A stretch of DNA of 64,000 nt from a virus. The DNA is taken from IMG/VR virus record IMGVR_UViG_3300028394_000002, positions 32,998 through 96,997 of that record; one strand, written 5' to 3'. The notes under the pieces are model-generated. The model searched no databases. It was not told the DNA's origin and saw nothing but the letters and a program-made list of their open reading frames with translations. This document shows, piece by piece, positions 9,146 through 18,033 of the stretch (position 1 is the stretch's first letter; every line of letters starts with the position of its first letter). Made by a program: the position numbers and the translations under genes.

Positions 9146-12100
9146 ATGCCTGATAAAAATAAAAAACAAAGAACTAAAGTATATAGAGATAAATTAGAAT
9201 TTGATAAAGCTAATCAAGCATATGAAGATAGTACTGCTTTAGCTAAACAAAATTTTAGTTTTTTTACTGATGAAGTAAATAAACTTAATATAGGTGATAC
9301 ACTTAAAGAATATAATGAATCTTATAATAATTATTTTACTTGGAAAAAAGATTTAAAAAAAAATGAAAAAATAAGTCCAGGAAGTCTTAATACAGAAATT
9401 AAACCTGAAAAATATTTATATGATTGGGGTGAAAATTGGGGCGTAAATCCATTGTATCATATTAAAGATAAAACTAATCGTAAAGTTATACCGACTGTAG
9501 GTGAAACAGTGGATCCATCTATTAATAAAATTAATGAAGTAAAAAAAATATTTCCTAAAGCATCTCAAGCTTTTATTGATAAAAAAATTAGTGCGAGTAA
9601 ACAAGATTCTATAGGTGTAGGATATATTATTAATAGTGGGGACTATGATGAAAACTTTAAAAAGAAAACAAATCCAGCTTCTTTAGATATAAGTATTAGT
9701 AATAATGGGCCGTATATATATCCTTATTATACTGAACCAACAACTAAGCCTGTATATAAGGACCCAAAAACTTTATATACAGGAAGCAAAGCATTAAAAA
9801 TACAAGGTAAGCCAAGTGGGTATATTAATAAAGGTAATAATACTGGAAGACAAGAGTTTAGAAAAGGTGGATGGTTAGATGGATTAGATGAGGATAATCC
9901 AATACAAGATAATACAAAAGTAAAGGCTGCTGTAATTCCAAATCAAGCATTAATTCAAAGAGCTAAGTTTCTTGAAGGTGATAATTTAGAAAAAAAAATA
10001 AATAAATCTTCTAGTTATTCAAAAGATAAAGATAAAACTGCTTTAAAAAATAAGGATAAAAGAGAAAATACTGTAACCAATGTTAAAAATTCTCAAGTAG
10101 AAAAATATACAAATAAAAATGTTGCTAATAAATTTCATACAGGTTTTAAATATAATGAAATTCAAATTTCAGATAATACAAGAGTAAGCAATCCTGTAAT
10201 TCCAAATCAAACTTTAATACAAAAAAGTAATTTAAATAAAAATAAGGGAACTTTAAAAAGTATAGATAAAATGCCTGTACAACCTCTTACAAAAGAAGAA
10301 GTTAGAAAAGGGGTAAAATTTACAACTGATGTAGCAGGTATGTTTAATCCAATAATGGCTGTTGCAGGCTCTGCTATGGACATGCACCAAGGAGATAAAA
10401 CTGGAGCAGCAATTGGATTAGTTCCTGGACTTAAAAGTTTTATAGCTAGTAAAAATATGGCTACTAAATTAGCTACAAAAATGTTTAATGCAGGAATACC
10501 TAATAAAATAGTAACTCCTATTAAAAAAGGAATTAGAGAAGCTGGTAACTATATATCAGGAACTGCTGAAGTAATTGAGGCTAAAGATGATATAGGTAAA
10601 CCTATAGTAGAAACAGTAAAATCTAAATTAAGAAACGGAGGACAGTTAGATGGTTTAGATAATAATAAGACTGAACAAGCTCCAGATGTTACTAATGCTA
10701 CAGAGTATGTAAAAGGTTGGTATAACTCACCTATGTATGACAACATATTAAGAAATCAAAATATAGATTTAGGTATAACAAATCCTAATAGATTAGAAAG
10801 ACGTGTTAAACAACATAAGAAATATTACAATGAATCAAATTATAATGTTACTCCTAGTGTAGTAGAGAACTTAAAAAACTATGGAGAAGGTTACATTGAT
10901 AATAAAGGTAATAAACAAATAAACTTAAACAAGAATTTTGTACAAAACAATCCTAAATTAGTTAATAGTTTATTTGCCCATGAATTAACTCATGATAATT
11001 TAATGACTGTTAAAGATAGAGAGTATATAAATAAAAATACTCCAGAATATAATCCCGCATTACATAAAGAAGACACATATAATAAGCTTACAGATCCTGA
11101 AGAAGTAAGATCTCAGATACATTCTATTAGACAGCTAAGTGGAGAAAATAAAATTTATGACCCACTTACCCAACCTTTTAAAAAGGAATACTTAGATAAA
11201 GTAAATGAGTCTTATAATCAAGGTACTAAAGAATCTGAAGATTACAATCAATTACAAAGATTAAGACAGTATTATTCAGATGATCAGATTACTGAGATGA
11301 TGAATACTATATCTAAATCTAATTCTAATGATGGAAAGGTTTATGCAAAGAATGGTGGACTGTTAAATAGTTTATCTAAGAAGAGGTTTGACATGGGAGG
11401 CCCTGTAAATGATGAAGAAAATAGTGATATATTACCAAGTTGGGATGCAGTAAAAGCTACTTTAAATCCTTACAATTGGGGAGTAGATGATTACACTAAA
11501 AGTGGAACAAGAGGACAAGCTTTTAATGCTGCAAGAAAAGCAGGAGAAGAAGAATTTATGTGGAATAATCAAAGATATAACACAAGAAAAGATACTGATT
11601 ATATACCATATATAGGTAGCAATCCTAATCAAAAAGAATACGATAATTTTTTAAGAAAAGAATATCCTGAATTTTTTAAAACTCTTAATAGAGGTAAAAA
11701 TGTAGGTAGTATAACTTGGAAAGGAGCTTCTGACAAAGAGCCTAATAGAGCCTCTATAAAGCCAGAACAAACAAATTCTAATATTAATGTTGGAGAAAAT
11801 CCTGAAAGTGGGCATGAGTTTATAGATAATATAATTGCAGAATCTAGTCATTTAAAAGATCCTAAATTATTTGAGAATATATTTAATCCTTATGAGTACA
11901 AAACTGCATATGAATACATACGACATGGTGAAGAAAGATACAAAATACCAGGGACTGCTGAATATGATGCCCATAGATTAAGAGAGCCAGGTATGGCAAT
12001 GATAGCTTATGGAAATTTATCTCCTAATAATATAAAACAAATACAAAAAAATTTAGGAGTAAAAGATGATGGTTATTTTGGACCAGATACATATAAAGCA

Positions 12101-14077
12101 ATGCAATCTAAATATGCAAGTAATCTTAATGTTAAAGCTGCTTTATTAGAACATAAACTAAGATATAGAGATAATGATAAAAATCCTAGCAATTTTGGAG
12201 ATGATATAAACTTAGTTAGAGCATATTTACGGGAAATAGAATCAGAAGTGCCATTTAAAAATAGTGGGCAACTTTCTAATAACTTAACAGCAAATAAAGA
12301 TTATACTGATAATGCGTTAAATAATATTATTCCTGGAAGTGGAGATTATAATGTAAAAAAATTACAAACCACTTTAGTAAATAAAGGTTATAAACTACCT
12401 AAATCTACTACTAAATATAGAACCTTAGATGGAACCTTTGATGGTATATATGGGCCTGAAACTAATAAAGCATTATTAGATTATCAATCTAAAAATGCAA
12501 AATCTAAATTAAGAAACGGTGGTTGGTTAGATGGTTTAAGTAATCCTAATAATGTTATAGAAGATAATAGAGGTCAGTGGGCTCATCCTGGTAAAGTAAC
12601 AAAAATTAACTCTAATCAAATAACAATGAAAGGAGTAAACTACCCTGTTCTTGGTGTATCAGATAGTGGCGACACTCAGATGATGAAGCCAGGTGGAGAG
12701 TATAACTTTAAAGGTAAAACAGTAACTGAGTATCCTCAAAAATTTCAATTAGGAGGGTTTAAAGGATTATCTTCTAATATACCTAAAAATAGACTTGATG
12801 CTGAAGCTAAAGAAGAAGCAAAAAGAATGAATCCAGTTTGGACTCCAGTCAATAATCCTCAAACTCAAGAGGTATATCAACAAGGTCCTAAAAAAGGAAC
12901 TGCTACTGGCAAAGGTGCTTTAGAACCATCTTATCCTGAGTTAATGTTAATGCCTGGTAGTTTACCTATTAAAGCTGCTAGTAAATTAGGTAAAGCTGCT
13001 GTAGTAGCTGCAGAGGCTTTAAATCCTATTGGAGGAATGAGAAATTTGAAAAATAATGTAATTAGTAAATCTGCAGCCGCAAGTTCTACTGTAGGTAATG
13101 TACTTAATGAAACTGCAAGACCTATTAATGGCCATATGCCAGGCACTCCAGAATGGATTAGACTTAATGATATTATAACAAGCAGTAGAGCCGCAGTAAC
13201 AGCAGCTACACCTAAAAATTCAAAACTAATTCACAAAGCTAAAGAGTTAGAAAGAAATATAACAATACCTATTTTAAATTCTAAACCAGCATTAAAAGTA
13301 AGAGAAGCAATCTTAAATAAAATTAATGAAAATTCTGTTGTTTCTAATTCAGCATTTACACCTGAAAATTTAGAAGCTTTTAAAAAATCAGGGTTAATAC
13401 ATGGGGAAGAAGGTACTTTAGTATCAAAAGAAGTTGCCTCCTTATATAGTAATGCGCCAGCAGGTCAAGGTAAATTAAGAGCTTATTTAAGAGGGTATTT
13501 AAATAATAAACAGGCTGATATTGCAGAAACAACATTTCATTCACCTAATAGATCATTTAGCAGTCATGTTAGCTTACCTTCTGATACTAATCCTGTAGGA
13601 GAATTTAAAAATTTTGGTTTTTTTAGTAAAAATCCTATTAGTGCTGGTAAAACAGCAGTAAATCTAAATAAATTAATTTCTAATATACCTGGTAAATGGG
13701 ACTTTAATCCTGGTAGTTTAAGCGGGGACTCTTATCCAATATGGGCAAAAATTGTTAATGATAAAGCTAACCCTCAATTTGAACTTATTAATAAAGGCCT
13801 TACTGGAATGAATACTTTAGGTAAACATACAAAAATATCTAAATTGCTAGAAACAAATATGAAAAATGGATATAATGATCCAGTCAAGGTAGATGAATTT
13901 CTTAAAGAGTTAGAAAAAATAGCAGGAAAAACAGCTGATAAATGGAATGTACCAAAAGAGTCATTAATGCCTGATGACACTAAAGGATTTATACCTGATT
14001 TAAGTATAAAGAAAAAATATAAAAACGGTGGTAAATTAAATAATAATAAGAGCAATTGGTTAGACAATTTAAAATAA
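9146..14077 (+). CDS. Modular virion cargo protein with a zincin-like HExxH domain and peptidoglycan-binding domains
   Basis: 1643 aa; AHELTH...PEE motif; two PG-binding-like segments (DGYFGPDT, DGIYGPET); repeated xxGG(WLDGL) linkers. Confidence 0.6.
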   Translation: MPDKNKKQRTKVYRDKLEFDKANQAYEDSTALAKQNFSFFTDEVNKLNIGDTLKEYNESYNNYFTWKKDLKKNEKISPGSLNTEIKPEKYLYDWGENWGVNPLYHIKDKTNRKVIPTVGETVDPSINKINEVKKIFPKASQAFIDKKISASKQDSIGVGYIINSGDYDENFKKKTNPASLDISISNNGPYIYPYYTEPTTKPVYKDPKTLYTGSKALKIQGKPSGYINKGNNTGRQEFRKGGWLDGLDEDNPIQDNTKVKAAVIPNQALIQRAKFLEGDNLEKKINKSSSYSKDKDKTALKNKDKRENTVTNVKNSQVEKYTNKNVANKFHTGFKYNEIQISDNTRVSNPVIPNQTLIQKSNLNKNKGTLKSIDKMPVQPLTKEEVRKGVKFTTDVAGMFNPIMAVAGSAMDMHQGDKTGAAIGLVPGLKSFIASKNMATKLATKMFNAGIPNKIVTPIKKGIREAGNYISGTAEVIEAKDDIGKPIVETVKSKLRNGGQLDGLDNNKTEQAPDVTNATEYVKGWYNSPMYDNILRNQNIDLGITNPNRLERRVKQHKKYYNESNYNVTPSVVENLKNYGEGYIDNKGNKQINLNKNFVQNNPKLVNSLFAHELTHDNLMTVKDREYINKNTPEYNPALHKEDTYNKLTDPEEVRSQIHSIRQLSGENKIYDPLTQPFKKEYLDKVNESYNQGTKESEDYNQLQRLRQYYSDDQITEMMNTISKSNSNDGKVYAKNGGLLNSLSKKRFDMGGPVNDEENSDILPSWDAVKATLNPYNWGVDDYTKSGTRGQAFNAARKAGEEEFMWNNQRYNTRKDTDYIPYIGSNPNQKEYDNFLRKEYPEFFKTLNRGKNVGSITWKGASDKEPNRASIKPEQTNSNINVGENPESGHEFIDNIIAESSHLKDPKLFENIFNPYEYKTAYEYIRHGEERYKIPGTAEYDAHRLREPGMAMIAYGNLSPNNIKQIQKNLGVKDDGYFGPDTYKAMQSKYASNLNVKAALLEHKLRYRDNDKNPSNFGDDINLVRAYLREIESEVPFKNSGQLSNNLTANKDYTDNALNNIIPGSGDYNVKKLQTTLVNKGYKLPKSTTKYRTLDGTFDGIYGPETNKALLDYQSKNAKSKLRNGGWLDGLSNPNNVIEDNRGQWAHPGKVTKINSNQITMKGVNYPVLGVSDSGDTQMMKPGGEYNFKGKTVTEYPQKFQLGGFKGLSSNIPKNRLDAEAKEEAKRMNPVWTPVNNPQTQEVYQQGPKKGTATGKGALEPSYPELMLMPGSLPIKAASKLGKAAVVAAEALNPIGGMRNLKNNVISKSAAASSTVGNVLNETARPINGHMPGTPEWIRLNDIITSSRAAVTAATPKNSKLIHKAKELERNITIPILNSKPALKVREAILNKINENSVVSNSAFTPENLEAFKKSGLIHGEEGTLVSKEVASLYSNAPAGQGKLRAYLRGYLNNKQADIAETTFHSPNRSFSSHVSLPSDTNPVGEFKNFGFFSKNPISAGKTAVNLNKLISNIPGKWDFNPGSLSGDSYPIWAKIVNDKANPQFELINKGLTGMNTLGKHTKISKLLETNMKNGYNDPVKVDEFLKELEKIAGKTADKWNVPKESLMPDDTKGFIPDLSIKKKYKNGGKLNNNKSNWLDNLK

Positions 14078-14083
14078 TTAATT

Positions 14084-15916
14084 ATGACAAAGCAAGAAAT
14101 ACTTAAAACACACAAGATGACCGAGAAGGAGTTCTACGAGAAGTTTCCTACTCAAGAAGCATATAATCAATTTCAAATGGGAGGTTCTTTATCTCCTAAT
14201 CAGAAGTATCAAGGTGGTGGAAGTTTACCTCCGCTTTTACCTGCTTCTGCTGTACCTACTAGTTTAACAGATCCTGTTAAACATTTTACACCGCCTACTA
14301 CAGCACCAGCTGCTGCAGCTCCTGCTGCTGCTCCAGGAGGTTTTAAACTTCCTAATCTATCTGGACTTGGTGGAGGTCAACAAGCTCCTCAACAAGCTGG
14401 AGCGGATCCTAATGCCCCTGTTCAAAAGAATATAGGTAAAACTATAGGTAGTGTAGCAGGCGGTATTGCTGGTTCATTTATACCAATTCCTGGAGTAGGT
14501 ACTATGATAGGCGGGGCTGTAGGAGGTGCTATTGGTGGAGCTATAGATAAGAAAACTTATGAAAATAAAATGGAAGACTATAGTGCTGTTAAATCTAGCC
14601 AGCAGAATGCAATGACTTCTAACATAGCTGGTAACTTTAATCCTAGCGCACAAGGTAAGCAGTTTAAGATGGGTGGTAATTTTACAGAGTACCACGGTAA
14701 TACACATGAGAATGGCGGTATACCTATTGGTAAATCAGAAGTAGAAGGAGGAGAAACTAATCATAATGGTTATATATTTAGTGATACATTACAATTAGGT
14801 AAAAGAACTTTTGCTGATGTAAGTAAAAAGATTAATAACAAGTATTCCAGAAGACCAGATGATAAGATATCTATGGAGTCTAAAGAAAGGGAGTTAGGTA
14901 ATCTTATGAAAGTACAAGAAAGTACTGGTATGACTAATAACTCACAAAGTAAGTTTCAAATGGGCGGGCCTAATTGGATGAACAACATTAATAAGTTAAC
15001 TAATCAAGCTAATGATTTTTCTAATTATAAACCTAATGCAGCAACTGGCCCTCTTGAAATTCCAAGCCAGCAAAGTAGTGGATTCTATACTACTGATGAT
15101 ATAAATTCTAATAAAGAGGCTGTAGGTAATATAGCAAATACATTAGTAACTCAACCAACTGACAGAGGGGCTATTCAAGAAGCAATAGAAAATGAAAGAT
15201 CTAGAGTAGGTTTACAAACTACATCTCCTACATTATCTAAATCTTCTGTATCACCAACACCTGCTACTATAACAAATACTAATAAGCCATTACAAACAAA
15301 AGTTAATCCATTAGGTTACCTAGCTAGTACTATAGGCCCTGCTTATGATGTTGCACGAGGTTTAAAAGGTGGTGATCCTGTTAATTTTGATAGGATGAAT
15401 AGTAAGTATCAATATGCTGATCCTAGAGGAGCTATGGCTGCTGCTAATAAAGGATTGACATCTGCTTACAACTCAACTAAAAACGCTGCTAGAAATACTA
15501 CTACTAGTGCTGGTGAGTACCTTGCTAATATGGGTATTCTGACTAGTAAAGAAGGTATGGATAGAGCTGCTACTATGGCTGGTATTAAAAGTCAATATGA
15601 TATAGCTAATACACAAGGTTTAAATCAAACTAACTTAACTAAAGATCAGTATAATGCTCAAATTCAAATGAGAGAATCTGAAGCTAGACAGCAAGAACAA
15701 GATGCAGCTAGAAGTGCTGTAAGTCAAGGTCTACATAACTTTGGGCAAAACTCTTTAGGATATGGTCAAGATAGAGCTATGAATAAAACACAAAACACAA
15801 TGCTACCGCTACTTGCAGATGGTTATGAGTATGTTATGGATGCTGATGGTAAGGTGAGTAGTAGAAAGAAAATAAGCGCTAATGATTCTAAAACTCCAGT
15901 TACACCAATAGAATAA
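14084..15916 (+). CDS. Virion cargo/ejection protein with a glycine-zipper TM segment
   Basis: 610 aa; GSVAGGIAGSFIPIPGVGTMIGGAVGGAIGG; GNTHENGGI..EVEGGE..IFSD motif typical of crAss-like cargo proteins; FQMGG repeats. Confidence 0.65.
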   Translation: MTKQEILKTHKMTEKEFYEKFPTQEAYNQFQMGGSLSPNQKYQGGGSLPPLLPASAVPTSLTDPVKHFTPPTTAPAAAAPAAAPGGFKLPNLSGLGGGQQAPQQAGADPNAPVQKNIGKTIGSVAGGIAGSFIPIPGVGTMIGGAVGGAIGGAIDKKTYENKMEDYSAVKSSQQNAMTSNIAGNFNPSAQGKQFKMGGNFTEYHGNTHENGGIPIGKSEVEGGETNHNGYIFSDTLQLGKRTFADVSKKINNKYSRRPDDKISMESKERELGNLMKVQESTGMTNNSQSKFQMGGPNWMNNINKLTNQANDFSNYKPNAATGPLEIPSQQSSGFYTTDDINSNKEAVGNIANTLVTQPTDRGAIQEAIENERSRVGLQTTSPTLSKSSVSPTPATITNTNKPLQTKVNPLGYLASTIGPAYDVARGLKGGDPVNFDRMNSKYQYADPRGAMAAANKGLTSAYNSTKNAARNTTTSAGEYLANMGILTSKEGMDRAATMAGIKSQYDIANTQGLNQTNLTKDQYNAQIQMRESEARQQEQDAARSAVSQGLHNFGQNSLGYGQDRAMNKTQNTMLPLLADGYEYVMDADGKVSSRKKISANDSKTPVTPIE

Positions 15917-15953
15917 TCAAATTAATTGATTATATTAATATAAAAACAAAAAT

Positions 15954-17987
15954 ATGAGATTTTTTAAACCAAGTACTACAGAGTATCAATCCCAGTTTTC
16001 TCCTTTAAACCTAGATTTTATGCAAAAGAATCTAGTTCAAAAGGAAGCTAATGATGACGCTGTTGATGACTTATTAGATAAAACAAGCCAACTTCGAGTT
16101 AAAGGCGGAAATTACACAACAACTGAAGAAGAACAAAAGTATAATAACTGGCTAAAAAAAAATACTGATAATGTTAGAAATGGCTTATTAAATAATACTA
16201 TGGATTATAAAGAAGCTTCTAAAAATTTAACTAAAATTATTGAAGTTTATAATACTAATGATACTATTAAAAGAATAAATAATGATGCTGTTTATTCAAA
16301 ATTTCAAAATAAAAACTTAGTAGAGGGTAAATTAAATAGAGCTGTTGGTACTAACTTTAATTATTTAGGACAAACTCCAACTTGGAATAAAGTTAATATG
16401 TCTGAAATTACAGATGATCAGCATGCTGCTTTATATAATACTATAGCACCTACTGGTATATATGATAAAGAAAACTATCAGCATCAAATGGATAAGTTTG
16501 TTGGCGATGCTGTTAGTAATCAATTTGATTTAGCTCCTAAAAAGTATGATACACTTACTGGTGTACCTATGGTTGAAATAGGAGATCATAAATACACTAG
16601 AGAAGAACTAAAAGAAGAAAAAGTGAGAGAGTGGGCTAGAAATGTTTGGGAACAAGAAAATAGAAATAGTAACACTCCTTTTATGCAATATCAAAAACAA
16701 CTATACGGATTAAGTGGAGGAGAGTACACTCAACAACAATTTATAGAAGATGCTGCTAATGGTTTTCCTGGTTATTATAAAAGAGAAATAACTCAAGATA
16801 ATAAATCTTATCAGCAATTACCAAAAGAAGAAACTAAGAAAGTAGAAGCTACACCTTTAGCTAATAGAGCTTTAACAAAAGGGGCTCAAGTTAATGTTGC
16901 AGGTATTAAAAATATTGATAGCTTTAAAAAGCAAATGAATGAAACTTTAAAGGGTATTACTGTTAGAGAAGTACCTAATGCTTTAGGAAATACTTCACAA
17001 GGTTACACAGGCGGCCCTAGAGAAGAAGGTATATCGTTAGCAGATTGGGATGATAAAAAGTTAGATTTGTTAGAAAAATATTATAGAGCTATAAATCAAG
17101 ATGCTGTTGTTGATAATATTATAGCCCCAGCAAGAAAAGGTGGTAAAGATTATTTAAAAGCAATAACTCCTAAATTAATGCAAAAAGCTTTAGACAAGAT
17201 GGAAGGTGGTAAATCTATAACTTCACTAGAAAAAGCTTTTAAAGAAATGGTTGAAAGTGGTTATGTAGATGCAAATGCAGCTGTTACAGATTTTAATACT
17301 GAGGGTGTTACAAGTATCATAGATCCTTCAATATTAGGTATACAAGGAAAAGCGGATAAAAATATAACTTTAGAAGATATATCTGCCAGTTTCTTATCGC
17401 AAAATATATCTATTATAGATGGTAGTACTATGAAAGAATTAACTAAAGGAAATTCTTCAGCTGAATTTTTCAAAAGTTTAGGGTATACATTAGGTACCGA
17501 TAAATTAGCAGATGTTCCTGCTTCAATATATTCGGTAGATCCAGATAATAGTCTAAGAGTAGCTTCAGCAGATAAGACTTCTTGGGGTAATGCAGTAAAA
17601 ATTACTGTCCTTGCTAAAGATGGTACGTTTAAAAATTTCTTTATAAAGGATTTAAAACAAACTTCTAAGAACCCTGATCCAAATATAAGAGAGCAAGAAA
17701 ATACTCAAATAGCTTTCAAAGAAAATGTTAATAATTTAATTAATGATATTCATAGTTTACAATTTGAACCAAATGGTGAAAAAGTTTATTTAGATCCAAA
17801 CGATCCATCTAAATATGTTTATGCTATAAGAGAGAAAGATAAGCAGGGTAGATTTAAAGCTTATTGGTACCATTCAGATAATCCTAATAGAAAATATACT
17901 AACTCAGAAGCTGTTACTAGATATAGTTTAAAATTAGATGTAGATAAAGGCGATTATCTAGATAAACCTGCTGCTGGAAAAAAGTAG
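15954..17987 (+). CDS. Virion cargo protein (short product of the frameshifting gene)
   Basis: 677 aa; YQSQFSPL N-terminus; ends GGA AAA AAG TAG. Confidence 0.7.
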   Translation: MRFFKPSTTEYQSQFSPLNLDFMQKNLVQKEANDDAVDDLLDKTSQLRVKGGNYTTTEEEQKYNNWLKKNTDNVRNGLLNNTMDYKEASKNLTKIIEVYNTNDTIKRINNDAVYSKFQNKNLVEGKLNRAVGTNFNYLGQTPTWNKVNMSEITDDQHAALYNTIAPTGIYDKENYQHQMDKFVGDAVSNQFDLAPKKYDTLTGVPMVEIGDHKYTREELKEEKVREWARNVWEQENRNSNTPFMQYQKQLYGLSGGEYTQQQFIEDAANGFPGYYKREITQDNKSYQQLPKEETKKVEATPLANRALTKGAQVNVAGIKNIDSFKKQMNETLKGITVREVPNALGNTSQGYTGGPREEGISLADWDDKKLDLLEKYYRAINQDAVVDNIIAPARKGGKDYLKAITPKLMQKALDKMEGGKSITSLEKAFKEMVESGYVDANAAVTDFNTEGVTSIIDPSILGIQGKADKNITLEDISASFLSQNISIIDGSTMKELTKGNSSAEFFKSLGYTLGTDKLADVPASIYSVDPDNSLRVASADKTSWGNAVKITVLAKDGTFKNFFIKDLKQTSKNPDPNIREQENTQIAFKENVNNLINDIHSLQFEPNGEKVYLDPNDPSKYVYAIREKDKQGRFKAYWYHSDNPNRKYTNSEAVTRYSLKLDVDKGDYLDKPAAGKK

Positions 17988-18033
17988 AAACTTCAGTAGA
18001 AACTAAAGCTCGCCCTACTGGAGTTACGAGAGC
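17978..18033 (+). promoter_or_regulatory. -1 programmed ribosomal frameshift signal
   Basis: Slippery heptamer A_AAA_AAG (17978-17984); stem AACTTCAGTAG (17989-17999) pairing with CTACTGGAGTT (18015-18025); loop GCTCG could pair with downstream CGAG or GAGC. Confidence 0.8.
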
